A DNA stretch of 64,000 nt from positions 16,872 to 80,871 of the forward strand of contig CAZSYD010000003.1 of assembly GCA_964611355.1 (NCBI GenBank), in the 5' to 3' direction. This DNA comes from an uncultured Ignavibacteriales bacterium. Its GTDB lineage: Bacteria; Zixibacteria; MSB-5A5; GN15; JAAZOE01. Below, one piece after another: positions 29,966 to 40,761 of this stretch; the first letter of the stretch is position 1; each line of letters begins with the position of its first letter. Position numbers and translations under genes: made by a program. Below the pieces are notes generated by a model that searched no databases, was not told the DNA's origin, and worked only from the letters and a program-made list of their open reading frames with translations.

Positions 29966-31353
29966 TGCTGCGTGACAGACAGACTTTCTGGCGCCGATTA
30001 AATCTGCTTGGCGATTTGCTATTAACCTATGCAGCGCTTGGCGGAACCATCCTCATTTATGGAATTCAGCTATCGTCTCAAACCATCGCGCTTCTATTTA
30101 TTATTACCATGTCGGTATGGGGCGTGTTTCTTTATGGTCCGACCGGCTCCTATTTCTACCGGATGAAGCCGCCGGGCCGGATCCTGAGAGAGCTTTACCT
30201 GGCGCTGGCGAAATCGTTTCTGGCATTTGCGGCCATATTGTTTTTCCTGCAAATTCCTTTTTCGTCCCAGCCGGCGCTGACCTTCTTTGCCGCCAATGCC
30301 GTACTCTTAACCGCATTCCGATTCAGCCTGGTGGCGATCCTCAATTATTACCGAACCAGAGGTCGTTCCAACCGCAATGTCATCATTATCGGTACGGGAG
30401 TCAAAGCCAAACAGGCGGCCGTTCGCATCTGCGACAACAAAAGCTGGGGCGTTCATATCCTCGGTTTTCTCGATTATCACCACTCCGGCTTATGGCGATA
30501 CCGGGACATTCCGCTTCTCGGGCATCCCGACGGCCTTAGTGAGTTGATCTCCAAAAACCAGGTTGACTTTATTATCATTGCCGTGGAAAACGGCGACCTG
30601 CCGATGACCCGTCATGCCTTTGCCGTCGGCGAGGAGATGGGGGTTACGGTCTGTTTTCTTTCCGATTTTTATGTCCATCCGATATCAAGGGCGCATTCGA
30701 CCAGCTTTATGGATTTCCCAGCGGTTGTCTATTCTTCCGAGCCGGATGACCGCTTTCAGTTAACCGTCAAAAACTGTATGGACCGCATCGGCGGGCTTAT
30801 CGGTTTGATTCTTGCAATGCCGATCGGTATCCTGGTCGCGGCAGCCATCAAGCTGGAAGACGGCGGGCCGATCTTTTTCAAGCAGGTCCGGGCAGGTAAA
30901 AACGGCAAGCCGTTTACCATATATAAATTCCGCACCATGGTGGCCAACGCCGATAAGCTTAAGAAAAAACTGTTGAGCAAAAACGAGATGTCCGGCCCGG
31001 TTTTCAAGATAAGAAAAGATCCTCGAATTACGAAAATCGGCGCGCGGCTCCGTAAAACCTCCATTGACGAACTGCCGCAGTTTGTTAACGTTCTGCGAGG
31101 CGAAATGTCTCTGGTCGGACCGCGACCGCCATTACCAGCCGAGGTGGCTCGGTATAATCTTTGGCAACGTAGAAAACTATCCGTCAAGCCCGGTTTGACC
31201 TGCCTCTGGCAGGTTAACGGCCGCAACCACGTCGATTTCGATGACTGGATGAAACTTGATATCGAATACATTGATAACTGGTCGATCTGGCTCGACACAA
31301 AGATACTGGTTAAAACCGTCCCGGCTGTCATGAAGGGGAGCGGGGCATCATAG
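29965..31353 (+). CDS. polyprenyl-phosphate glycosylphosphotransferase (WbaP/EpsB-type initiating enzyme)
   Basis: 462 aa with N-terminal TMs and a central Rossmann-like segment (NVIIIGTGVKA). The C-terminal bacterial sugar transferase domain reads IGGLIGLILAMPIGILVAAAIKLEDGGPIFFKQVRAGKNGKPFTIYKFRTM...DELPQFVNVLRGEMSLVGPRP. Confidence 0.9.
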   Translation: MLRDRQTFWRRLNLLGDLLLTYAALGGTILIYGIQLSSQTIALLFIITMSVWGVFLYGPTGSYFYRMKPPGRILRELYLALAKSFLAFAAILFFLQIPFSSQPALTFFAANAVLLTAFRFSLVAILNYYRTRGRSNRNVIIIGTGVKAKQAAVRICDNKSWGVHILGFLDYHHSGLWRYRDIPLLGHPDGLSELISKNQVDFIIIAVENGDLPMTRHAFAVGEEMGVTVCFLSDFYVHPISRAHSTSFMDFPAVVYSSEPDDRFQLTVKNCMDRIGGLIGLILAMPIGILVAAAIKLEDGGPIFFKQVRAGKNGKPFTIYKFRTMVANADKLKKKLLSKNEMSGPVFKIRKDPRITKIGARLRKTSIDELPQFVNVLRGEMSLVGPRPPLPAEVARYNLWQRRKLSVKPGLTCLWQVNGRNHVDFDDWMKLDIEYIDNWSIWLDTKILVKTVPAVMKGSGAS

Positions 31354-31411
31354 TTTTCGGGACGCCGACTCCATTTGAGGTTTGGCGCCCGACAGGATAA
31401 AAAAACCGAGA

Positions 31412-32953
31412 ATGGGACTCTCGTTTTCAAAAACCGCGTTTGCCGCACTTCTGCTGATATCTCCGGTCATATCTATCGCCGACGTAATATATCCCCTGCA
31501 TCAGAATCCGTTTTACTTCGATTACGAACTGATGTACCGGAACGCTGTCATCAGGCAGGATTTATCCCTTCTCCCTCCGGCGGGACCATTCTTTCTCGAA
31601 AAGACGAAAACAATCCTTAACGGAGAACATTCTCCCGCGTCGAGACTTCTTGGCATTGACAGTCCGGCAGAATCAGATCAACTCCTGCGTTTGTATGCCA
31701 TTGGAGCCGAAAGATTTAAGGCGGAGAAAAACCTGCATTCGAATGATCTGCCGTCTATAATTGGCGGTTTTGTCTGCCGGCCCGCGAAATATTTCGGAGC
31801 GCTTGGCTTCTTCAATCTTGATCGCGTCAGGGCAATCGATCCAGACTATATTGGCAAAAAATATCGCGGTCTGGCCGGTGAAATCGAAACGGCGGCGCTT
31901 TTTTACAAAAGGGACAGAATTACCGTAACCTATGGACGTCTGCGCGCTTTCTGGGGCCCGCAGCGTATAAATCTTCTGCTTTCCGAGACGACCGAACCGC
32001 TTGATCTTTTATCGGCATCATTTGAAACCGGAAGGCTTTCGGCCAATTTCCTGTTTGCCCGACTCGACCAGAGCCGCCCCGATTCGGTCGATTTTATCCG
32101 TTTCCCTGATCGGTCATTCAACGACAACCGCTACCTGGCCGGTCATCGAGTCGATATCCGCCTGCATCGAAAATTCAGGCTGGGACTTTTTGAAACGGTC
32201 ATTTTTGGCGGCGAGGGACGTCCGCCGGAATTGAGTTATCTCAATCCGCTGCAATTCTTTCATTCCGCCCAGCTAAACGAGGATATTGACGATAATACCA
32301 TTCTCGGAATCGACTTTACCTGTCTGCCGGGCGCAGGCATTGCCGCTTACGGCCAACTCCTTGTTGACGACTTCCAATTTGATAAAAAATCTCAGGGCGA
32401 CCAGGAACCGGACGAGATCGGTCTTATGATCGGCCTTTTCAAAGCCGGAAAGATCGCTTCCATTATACCCGATCTTAAAGCGGAATACGTCCGCATCACC
32501 AACCGCACTTACCACCAGCGCGATCCGAGAAACAGGTATCTATATCGCAACAAACTGACCGGTCATCCGCTCGGCCCCGACGCGGATTCGGTTTCGATAA
32601 AAGCACGGTTCTGGCCGCACGAAAGATTTTTTGCCGAAATCGAGCTGGCTTATCGGCGACATGGCGAAGGTTCTATTTATAAGCCGTGGGACGAACCGTG
32701 GGAAGAGATCGAAGGCGACTACGACGAATCGTTTCCGACCGGCATAGTTGAAAAATCAACCCTTGTAGCCTTCCGCGCCAAGGGCTATCTCCCGTTTATG
32801 CGATATACCCGGGAACACCTTTTCATATCCCTTGACGCCGGTTGGGGAGAAATCGAAAATTACCAAAACGTCGACGGCCGATCAAAAACCGCCGGCTGGA
32901 TTGATATCAGTCTGAGCTGGCTGGGGTTTGTGGATATTAACCTTGCCGATTAA
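31412..32953 (+). CDS. putative outer-membrane beta-barrel protein, possibly capsule-assembly Wzi-like
   Basis: From the ATG at 31412 there is a signal-peptide-like N-terminus (MGLSFSKTAFAALLLISPVISIA). Alternating beta-strand-like patterns run throughout, and it is the last gene of the glycan locus. The Wzi assignment is from memory of the family and is weak. Confidence 0.45.
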   Translation: MGLSFSKTAFAALLLISPVISIADVIYPLHQNPFYFDYELMYRNAVIRQDLSLLPPAGPFFLEKTKTILNGEHSPASRLLGIDSPAESDQLLRLYAIGAERFKAEKNLHSNDLPSIIGGFVCRPAKYFGALGFFNLDRVRAIDPDYIGKKYRGLAGEIETAALFYKRDRITVTYGRLRAFWGPQRINLLLSETTEPLDLLSASFETGRLSANFLFARLDQSRPDSVDFIRFPDRSFNDNRYLAGHRVDIRLHRKFRLGLFETVIFGGEGRPPELSYLNPLQFFHSAQLNEDIDDNTILGIDFTCLPGAGIAAYGQLLVDDFQFDKKSQGDQEPDEIGLMIGLFKAGKIASIIPDLKAEYVRITNRTYHQRDPRNRYLYRNKLTGHPLGPDADSVSIKARFWPHERFFAEIELAYRRHGEGSIYKPWDEPWEEIEGDYDESFPTGIVEKSTLVAFRAKGYLPFMRYTREHLFISLDAGWGEIENYQNVDGRSKTAGWIDISLSWLGFVDINLAD

Positions 32954-33071
32954 CCTGTCTTACGATACTACCGCCGTTAATTGTACGGCTGAATGAAAAA
33001 CAAAGATAAATGAAATAAATCAAAACCGCCTACGATTTGACCTCGACTGAAACCTATTGTAAATTAGAAGA

Positions 33072-33578
33072 ATGAATTTGACTGAGCTTATCATCCGCCC
33101 TTTGGAGCCTGATGATTCCATCGAAGAACTTACCGACCTTTTACGTCGGGGTTACAAGGTTTTGGCCGACATGGGCCTCCGCTACCTGGCGACCCATCAG
33201 GATGCCGATACCACCCGCCAACGTATAGAAAACGCCGAGTGTTTTGTCGCCGAATATAAAGGAAAAATTATCGCGACAATTACTTTCAATATGCCTGACA
33301 AAACCGGCGGCGCGCCCTGGTATGACCGTCCTGAAGTCGCTCATTTTCAGCAGTTCGCGGTCGAGCCGAAATTCCAGCGGCATGGAATCGGCGCCCGGAT
33401 TATGAAATTCATCGAAGACTATGCCCGCAAAAAAGGCGTCGTTGAACTGGCGCTGGATACTTCGGAAAAGGCAACACATTTGATTGACTGGTACAAAAGG
33501 CTCGGCTATCGTTTTATCGAATATGCCGATTGGGACGAGACCAATTATCGCAGCGTCATAATGAGCAAGATGCTTTAG
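33072..33578 (+). CDS. GNAT family N-acetyltransferase
   Basis: 168 aa. QQFAVEPKFQRHGIGARIMKFIEDYARKKG is the Q/RxxGxG/A acetyl-CoA motif, followed by YKRLGYRF. Confidence 0.85.
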   Translation: MNLTELIIRPLEPDDSIEELTDLLRRGYKVLADMGLRYLATHQDADTTRQRIENAECFVAEYKGKIIATITFNMPDKTGGAPWYDRPEVAHFQQFAVEPKFQRHGIGARIMKFIEDYARKKGVVELALDTSEKATHLIDWYKRLGYRFIEYADWDETNYRSVIMSKML

Positions 33579-33584
33579 TAAAAC

Positions 33585-33622
33585 TCAAATAAAATGCAAA
33601 CGGCGGATGAAAGTCCGCCGCC
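33585..33622 (-). terminator. putative intrinsic terminator downstream of fumC
   Basis: Stem CGGCGGA (33601-33607) pairs with TCCGCCG (33614-33620). On the minus strand it is followed by a T-rich tract (GTTTGCATTTTATTT). Confidence 0.45.
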
Positions 33623-33642
33623 TGCAACTATTCATTCAACAA

Positions 33643-35043
33643 TCAATTCGCCTTGGGGCCGATCATCTTCTCCGGCCGGACTTTCTCGTCAAACTCTTTA
33701 GCCGTCAGTAGATTTAGTTCCACTGCAGCCTGCTTGAGTGTTTTTCCTTCGGCGTATGCCTTCTTGGCGATCTTCCCGGCGTTGTCGTACCCGATGTGCG
33801 GGTTGAGCGCCGTCACCAGCATCAGGGTATTCTCTTTATATTTGGCAATGACATCTTCGTTGGCTTCCAGGCCGGCCAGGAGCTTGTCAACGAAGCAGTG
33901 AATCGTTCCGGTTAGAATCCTTACCGAATGCAGGAAATTGTGAATCATCACCGGCTTGAAAACGTTCAATTCGAAATTCCCCGAAATCCCGCCGATATTG
34001 ACCGCCACGTCGTTGCCGAGTACCTGGGCGCAGACCATCGTCATCGCCTCCGACTGGGTCGGGTTAACCTTGCCGGGCATGATCGACGAGCCCGGCTCGT
34101 TGGCTGGAAGAATCAATTCGCCGATACCGCAGCGCGGCCCGGAGCCAAGCCAGCGCATGTCGTTGGCCAGTTTCATCAGCGAACAGGCCAGGGTTTTCAG
34201 CGCGCCGTGAGCGTACACGATGGCGTCGTGCGCCGCCAGCGCCTCGAACTTATTCGGCGCCGTAACAAAATCAAGGCCGGTCAGATCTGATACTTTTTCC
34301 GCAAACCTGACGGCAAATTCCGGATGTGTATTAAGGCCCGTACCTACGGCGGTGCCGCCCTGAGCCAGCTCTTTCAGGTATTTGAGCGACGTTTCCACCC
34401 GGTCGATAGCGTTTTCAACCTGCTGGCGATACCCGGAAAATTCCTGTCCCAGCGTCAGCGGCGTGGCATCCATCAAATGCGTCCGCCCGACCTTGATGAT
34501 TCGGGCAAACTGTTTTTCTTTTTCCTTCAGCGTTTTGTGCAGCTTCTTCATGGCCGGAAGAAGCCGATGGGTTACCTCTTCCGTGGCGGCGATATGCATG
34601 GCTGTCGGGAAAACGTCGTTTGACGACTGGCCCTTGTTGACGTCATCGTTGGGATGAATCGGTTTCTTGGAGCCGATTTCGCCGCCGGCCATTTCAATAG
34701 CCCGGTTGGAGATCACTTCGTTGGCATTCATGTTCGTCTGCGTGCCCGATCCGGTCTGCCAGACCACCAGCGGGAAATGATCATCCAATTTGCCTTCGAT
34801 TATCTCGTCGGCCGCCTTGCAGATCAGGTCGGCCTTTTCTTTGGGCAAAATCTCCAATTCGGCGTTAGCCAAAGCCGACGCCTTCTTGATCAATCCCATT
34901 GCCCGAACAATCTCGCGCGGGAAATGGTCGTTGCCGATTTTGAAATTTTCCAGCGAGCGTTGCGTTTGCGCTCCCCAGTAACGGTCGGTGGGGACTTTAA
35001 CCTCGCCCATACTGTCAACTTCAATGCGGTATTCGTCAGCCAT
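33643..35043 (-). CDS. fumC: class II fumarate hydratase
   Basis: 466 aa with the [17 protein letters not shown] signature and full-length fumarase/aspartase family features. Confidence 0.95.
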   Translation of the reverse strand: MADEYRIEVDSMGEVKVPTDRYWGAQTQRSLENFKIGNDHFPREIVRAMGLIKKASALANAELEILPKEKADLICKAADEIIEGKLDDHFPLVVWQTGSGTQTNMNANEVISNRAIEMAGGEIGSKKPIHPNDDVNKGQSSNDVFPTAMHIAATEEVTHRLLPAMKKLHKTLKEKEKQFARIIKVGRTHLMDATPLTLGQEFSGYRQQVENAIDRVETSLKYLKELAQGGTAVGTGLNTHPEFAVRFAEKVSDLTGLDFVTAPNKFEALAAHDAIVYAHGALKTLACSLMKLANDMRWLGSGPRCGIGELILPANEPGSSIMPGKVNPTQSEAMTMVCAQVLGNDVAVNIGGISGNFELNVFKPVMIHNFLHSVRILTGTIHCFVDKLLAGLEANEDVIAKYKENTLMLVTALNPHIGYDNAGKIAKKAYAEGKTLKQAAVELNLLTAKEFDEKVRPEKMIGPKAN

Positions 35044-35267
35044 TGCGTTCTCCTTTCAAGGCAGAGACTGTTCCATCCGGTAAGAAAGATTTTAATCTAT
35101 GTCATCACCTGCTGAAATCAGATGAAAAAAAATAAACTCTTCAAGCCCGGGTTCCTTACTCAAAAACAATTTACTATTTACGCTCCGCGACGTCAATATC
35201 GCAAAAATTCTTTGGGGCGTTTATTTCATTGATTGTATACATTTTTTGCGAGATGCGGCTTCTTCCG

Positions 35268-36380
35268 TTACCACCACGGCCTGTTTTCAATAATCATTCT
35301 CAAGATATTAACCGGCGTTGAACGCATGATCTCGATTATATTGGACGCCGTAAATAACTGCGGTATCAGAAAATTAGACAATATCACCCAAACCGCCCAT
35401 TTCCGGAAACCGAAGGCGTCGGTTTTGAATAAATAAATAAGGGCTATCACCATAGTCATAAATCCAACCGTCAGCATCCGAGTCGTATCATAAGCAATAA
35501 TCAACTGCGATGCGGCACAGACCATGGGAAGAAGCAACCCAATGATTTGATTCCGACAGCCGTTACGCCACATTGAAATTCCGGCCGCCAGCGGAAAAAC
35601 CCAGAGTGCCTTGAAAACCGAGAATAACCCCACCCCGTAAAACAGATAAGCTTTCTTGATCCAGTACAGCGGATTTTCGGCGAGAGGTATCAGATAATAA
35701 TCAGCCGACAAAGATATACCTCGCCGTGATGCAATCCACTCGCGAAAAAACATATAACCCGTAAGCGTCAGGCCGAATCCAAGCAAAAGTTCCAACAGAC
35801 AGGTTGATTTTCGCGGCGATTCCTGCAACCTGAGATAAGCAAACCAGGGAATCAGAAAAACAACCGACTCGTGGTTCAAAATTCCCATGACAAATAAAAG
35901 ATAAAATACGACCGGTTTTGACCGCGCCCGCCACATAAGAAAAATAGCCAAGTAGGTCAACGCGTCGCAGAAACCGGCATAAAAGATCGTAACCAGGATG
36001 ACGGTCGAAAAGGTAAGACAGGCCGTCGCAACCAAACTATCCCCCGCCTGAACGGCCCGTTTCCGGAAAAAAGAATAAACAAAGCCGATAGTAACGGCGG
36101 CAAAAAACAGATTTACCAGAATAAAAGGCCTTCCCCGCAGACCGACAAGATAGCTGATAAGAGGAGTCATTATCCTGTATCCGGCGAAATTCTCCTCCGT
36201 GCCGAAAGGGTTATTCGTGAGGGATTCAAACGCCTTCCCGTGGCCGATGTAATCCGTGCCGGGGCGGACGTATATGGAAGCCAATATCATCAGGGCCACA
36301 GAAACAAAGATAATCCACCAAAAACGGCCGAACTTCGCTTCGCCCCGGAGGACAACATTATTTACCTGATCATAAATCAT
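35268..36380 (-). CDS. polytopic membrane protein of unknown function
   Basis: 370 aa, almost entirely hydrophobic segments. I recognise no family motif. Confidence 0.6.
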   Translation of the reverse strand: MIYDQVNNVVLRGEAKFGRFWWIIFVSVALMILASIYVRPGTDYIGHGKAFESLTNNPFGTEENFAGYRIMTPLISYLVGLRGRPFILVNLFFAAVTIGFVYSFFRKRAVQAGDSLVATACLTFSTVILVTIFYAGFCDALTYLAIFLMWRARSKPVVFYLLFVMGILNHESVVFLIPWFAYLRLQESPRKSTCLLELLLGFGLTLTGYMFFREWIASRRGISLSADYYLIPLAENPLYWIKKAYLFYGVGLFSVFKALWVFPLAAGISMWRNGCRNQIIGLLLPMVCAASQLIIAYDTTRMLTVGFMTMVIALIYLFKTDAFGFRKWAVWVILSNFLIPQLFTASNIIEIMRSTPVNILRMIIENRPWW

Positions 36381-36580
36381 CGTTAACGGACGCCAATCTC
36401 AGCGTCTGTTTTCAGGGAAGACAATTATAGCGATATCCAACGGCAGGATCAAGCCAATCGATAGAGATAATACAAGACACTTTTACCGAATTATTTCTCC
36501 GGCATTGCGCAGCATGATGTTGACGTGAAGGATAAGATTAATGAGAAGTAATACGGTTTCCCTTTCAATTGAGTTGCCTA

Positions 36581-39406
36581 TCATACCCCCAGTTCCTTCT
36601 TCAAAAACCGGCCGGTGTATGATTTGGTTACTTTCGCCACCTCTTCGGGAGTGCCGGCGGCGACTACTTTGCCGCCGTCGTCGCCACCCTCCGGGCCGAG
36701 GTCGATGATATAATCGGCGGTCTTGATGACATCCATATTATGCTCGATGACCAGCACGGTATTGCCCCGACCGACCAGCTTCTGCAGAACATTCAAAAGC
36801 ATTCGGATATCGTCAAAATGTAGCCCGGTGGTCGGCTCGTCGAGAATATACAGCGTCCTGCCGGTAGCGATTTTTGAAAGCTCGGTGGAAAGTTTGACCC
36901 GCTGGGCCTCGCCGCCGGAAAGCGTCGTCGCCTGCTGGCCGAGGCAGATATATCCCAGGCCGACATTTTTGACGGTGGCCAGTTTCCGCTTGATGATAGG
37001 AATGTTGGCAAAAAATTCGAAAGCTTCATCGACCGTCATCTCCAGAACATCGGAGATATTTTTCCCCTTGTAGGTGATTTCCATCGTTTCGCGATTATAT
37101 CGTTTTCCCTTGCAGACCTCGCACGGAACGTAAACGTCCGGGAGGAAGTGCATTTCGATTTTTATAATTCCGTCGCCATGGCAGGCTTCGCATCGTCCGC
37201 CTTTGACGTTGAACGAAAACCGTCCCGGCAAATAACCGCGCGCCTTTGATTCCGGCAAGCTGGCAAAAAGCTCCCGGATAGGAGTAAAAACCCCGGTATA
37301 GGTAGCCGGGTTGGAGCGGGGCGTGCGGCCGATCGGCGACTGGTCAATATCAATCACCTTGTCGATATGATCCAGTCCCTTGATGAAACCGTAAGGCAGC
37401 GGCGCCTGACGGGAGTTGTAAAATCTTCTTGCCAGAATGCGGTACAACGTCTCGTTGATTAACGTTGACTTGCCGGAGCCGGAAACGCCGGTAATGCATA
37501 TAAACAGTCCGAGAGGAATATCAACGCTTATCTTCTTGAGATTATTCCCGGCCGCGCCGGTTATCACGATCGCTTTGCCGTTGCCGTTGCGACGAGTACC
37601 GGGAACGTCTATCGCCTTTTTTCCCGCCAGATACATACCGGTCAGTGATGCCGCATTACGCTTGATCTGGATCGGCCGCCCAATCGCCACGACCTCGCCT
37701 CCCTGCTTGCCCGCACCGGGGCCGAGATCAATAACATAATCAGCTGACATAATCGTATCACGGTCATGTTCGACCACCAGGACGGTGTTGCCGAGATCGC
37801 GAAGTTCGCTCAGGGTTGACAGTAACCGGTGATTATCGCGCTGGTGGAGACCGATTGACGGTTCGTCAAGAATATAAAGCACTCCTACGAGGCGCGAACC
37901 GATCTGGGTCGCCAGGCGTATACGCTGGGCTTCGCCGCCGGACAGGGTCGCCGCCGCCCGCGATAGGGTCAGATAATCAAGACCGACATTGACCAGAAAC
38001 CCGAGCCGTTCCCGCACTTCCTTGAGTATCTGCCGGGCAATCATCTCCTGCGTTCTGGTCAGTTTCAACCGGTCGAAAAACCGTTTGGCTTCTTTAATCG
38101 ACATCTCCGTTAGTTCATGGATATTGACTCCACCGACCAGAACAGAGAGAGCTTCCTTTTTGAGGCGCGTGCCGTTGCATTCCGGGCAGGGAGAAATCGA
38201 CATGAAGTTTTCTATCCACGACCGGACACCATCCGACTCGGTCTGGCGGTAACGCCGCATCAGGTGCGGCACCACTCCCTCGAACCTTGCTTCATACTCG
38301 CCCGACCCGCGGCCGTTGGCGTGCTCGTACTGAAAACGGATCTTTTCCCGACCCGACCCGAGCAGGATAATCTCCTGCACTTTCGGAGACAGCTTCCTAA
38401 AAGGGGTCGAGAGTTTGAAGCTGTAACGATCGGCCAACCCCCGCAGCATGTAACGGTACCAGTTGGCGCTATCCGACGCCCAGGGAACAACGGCGCCTTC
38501 GAGTATCGACTTTGACCTGTCCGGCACCACAAGATCGAGATCGACTTTCATCTCGCTTCCCAACCCGCCGCATTGCGGGCAGGCGCCAAAAGGCGAGTTG
38601 AATGAAAACAAGCGCGGAGTCGGTTCCTCATATGAAATATTGCAGTTCAGACAGGCGAACTGCTCGGAGAACAGGTATTCTTTACCGTCGGCTTCAATAA
38701 TGACCGTTCCCTGGGCGATTTTGAGCGCCGTCTCAATCGAATCGGTCAGGCGGCGCTGAGATCGACGGCGGACCACCAAACGATCAACAACAGCTTCGAT
38801 AGTATGTTTTTTCTTTTTGTCGAGAACGATTTCATTTTCAACTTCATATATTTCACCGTCAACCCGCAGCCGGATAAAACCCTCTTTGCGCGCCCCGTCG
38901 ATAATCTCATGGTGTTCTCCTTTGCGGCCTCTGACCAGGGGGGCCAGGATAATGATTCTCGTCCCCTCGCCCAGAACCATTACCGAGTCGACAATCTGGC
39001 TGGCCGATTGCTGCGTGATCGGCTTACCGCAGACAAAACAATAAGGCACGCCTATCCGGGCGTAAAGAAGCCGCAGGTAGTCATATATTTCGGTTACGGT
39101 GCCGACCGTGGAACGGGGATTTTTGGCTGCGCTCCGCTGTCCGATTGAAATTGCCGGAGACAATCCTTCGATAAAATCGACGTCAGGTTTCTCCATAAGA
39201 CCGAGAAACTGCCGGGCATAGGCTGACAGCGATTCGACATACCGCCTCTGGCCTTCAGCGTAAATGGTATCAAAAGCCAGAGAGGATTTCCCCGACCCCG
39301 ACAGGCCGGTAATTACGGTCATTTTATTACGCGGTATTTTGACCGAGATGTTTTTCAGATTATGCTCGCGGGCGCCCTTTATATAAAGATACCGGGATTC
39401 GGCCAT
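36581..39406 (-). CDS. uvrA: excinuclease ABC subunit A
   Basis: 941 aa with two ABC modules ([28 protein letters not shown]), LSGGE signature motifs and zinc-finger Cys clusters ([14 protein letters not shown]). Confidence 0.97.
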   Translation of the reverse strand: MAESRYLYIKGAREHNLKNISVKIPRNKMTVITGLSGSGKSSLAFDTIYAEGQRRYVESLSAYARQFLGLMEKPDVDFIEGLSPAISIGQRSAAKNPRSTVGTVTEIYDYLRLLYARIGVPYCFVCGKPITQQSASQIVDSVMVLGEGTRIIILAPLVRGRKGEHHEIIDGARKEGFIRLRVDGEIYEVENEIVLDKKKKHTIEAVVDRLVVRRRSQRRLTDSIETALKIAQGTVIIEADGKEYLFSEQFACLNCNISYEEPTPRLFSFNSPFGACPQCGGLGSEMKVDLDLVVPDRSKSILEGAVVPWASDSANWYRYMLRGLADRYSFKLSTPFRKLSPKVQEIILLGSGREKIRFQYEHANGRGSGEYEARFEGVVPHLMRRYRQTESDGVRSWIENFMSISPCPECNGTRLKKEALSVLVGGVNIHELTEMSIKEAKRFFDRLKLTRTQEMIARQILKEVRERLGFLVNVGLDYLTLSRAAATLSGGEAQRIRLATQIGSRLVGVLYILDEPSIGLHQRDNHRLLSTLSELRDLGNTVLVVEHDRDTIMSADYVIDLGPGAGKQGGEVVAIGRPIQIKRNAASLTGMYLAGKKAIDVPGTRRNGNGKAIVITGAAGNNLKKISVDIPLGLFICITGVSGSGKSTLINETLYRILARRFYNSRQAPLPYGFIKGLDHIDKVIDIDQSPIGRTPRSNPATYTGVFTPIRELFASLPESKARGYLPGRFSFNVKGGRCEACHGDGIIKIEMHFLPDVYVPCEVCKGKRYNRETMEITYKGKNISDVLEMTVDEAFEFFANIPIIKRKLATVKNVGLGYICLGQQATTLSGGEAQRVKLSTELSKIATGRTLYILDEPTTGLHFDDIRMLLNVLQKLVGRGNTVLVIEHNMDVIKTADYIIDLGPEGGDDGGKVVAAGTPEEVAKVTKSYTGRFLKKELGV

Positions 39407-39621
39407 TCTTATTTACCTTCATGCCACGGACGAAAATATCAGCCCATTAATCAGGCAACCGGGAAATATACGCCGGAATCACCCTCCGGGCAAAAGATAT
39501 TTGCTAAATATAAGCTGGCCTTTAATAAGCCGTTTGGGAATCACATTTCAAATATAACCCGGACGTAAGGTTAGCAGGGTCGGGGGCTCAAGGGGGATAA
39601 TTCCGGTAGAGAGAAACCTTA

Positions 39622-39650
39622 TAAAAAAGGGCCGGTTGAACCCGGCCCCA
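39622..39650 (-). terminator. intrinsic terminator downstream of the RRM-protein gene
   Basis: A GGGCCGG/CCGGCCC stem sits around 39629-39648. On the minus strand it is followed by TTTTTT (the A-run at 39623-39628 on the + strand). Confidence 0.65.
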
Positions 39651-39696
39651 AAATTTACGAGATCCTTTATTGTAACTTGTAGTATTCCACGTTCAT

Positions 39697-39975
39697 TTAG
39701 AATCTTCCGCGGCCTCCTCCTCTGAAACGATTATCCCTTTCGCGACGCGGCCTGGCCTCATCGACTCTCAATGTCCGGCCGGAAAAATCGGCGCCGTTTA
39801 AGGCTTCCTTGGCCGTTTCGGCTTCGTCCGAACTGGACATTTCGACAAAGCCGAAGCCTTTGCCTTCGATTACGGTGCAGCTTACGACCTCACCGTGTTG
39901 GCCAAACAATTCCTTCAACATGTCTTCGTTGACGGAATAAGTAAGATTGCCGACATACAGTTTGCTACCTTGCAT
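39697..39975 (-). CDS. RRM-type RNA-binding protein
   Basis: 92 aa with KLYVGNLTYSV (RNP2), KGFGFVEM (RNP1) and an Arg/Gly-rich tail. Confidence 0.9.
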   Translation of the reverse strand: MQGSKLYVGNLTYSVNEDMLKELFGQHGEVVSCTVIEGKGFGFVEMSSSDEAETAKEALNGADFSGRTLRVDEARPRRERDNRFRGGGRGRF

Positions 39976-40761
39976 CTTTGACTCCTACACTTAAAAGAAC
40001 AATTGCGTTGCGTCCAATAATGTTTCCCGGGAGACTCGGGCAAGATAGCCTGTCAAAGATTCTCGCACGAAAACATTATCAAACAGTTAACCTTAAAAGG
40101 CCAGTTTCAGTCTATAATCCGATTTACGCTCGTTGGCGAACAAAGCGTTTACAGGACAGGCGCCAACACATTTCCGGAAGAAGACTGGCAAGATTAACTG
40201 ACGGAAAACTGGGGTCGGGATACCGACCGCTGCCTTGAACTGCCTATGAAAACCTGACTCGTAATCCGGCGATTCCCCCGCTTCCCGAAATCGCCATTAC
40301 CACCTCTGCATGTAAAACATCTGCCGCGGTCAAAAGACCGATGGCGTTCACGAACCAGTCAACGAAAGCGGTTTCGTACTATGACTGATTTGCTGATAAC
40401 TACTATATCCAAAAAACGGATTTTTCCGAATATGTCAAGCTAAAATTGCTAAATACTTATGCCTGTGACTACTATTAACCCTTCGACTCCCGCCATTATC
40501 GCGAAATCAAAGACGGCGCCGGTAAATAACCGATAATACCGCCTAATGATATCGCCGCATGTCTTATATTCATTATATCGGCAGCCGTCTCTCTTTTTAC
40601 ACGCCCGCCGTATAGAATTTCATCCTGATGCGAAAAACCAACTCGGTATTCCATCATTGTTAAACATCCTGCCTTTATAAAACGCCATACGAACCCGAAA
40701 TTGTCAGCCGTCATTTTATCACAATTTGGCGGGGCCGGATATTTTGCCTATATTGGGCTCC

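Noticed and set aside
30756-31448. A 230-aa minus-strand ORF.
   Set aside because: It is antisense to the C-terminal sugar-transferase domain of the WbaP-type gene, which is strongly supported.
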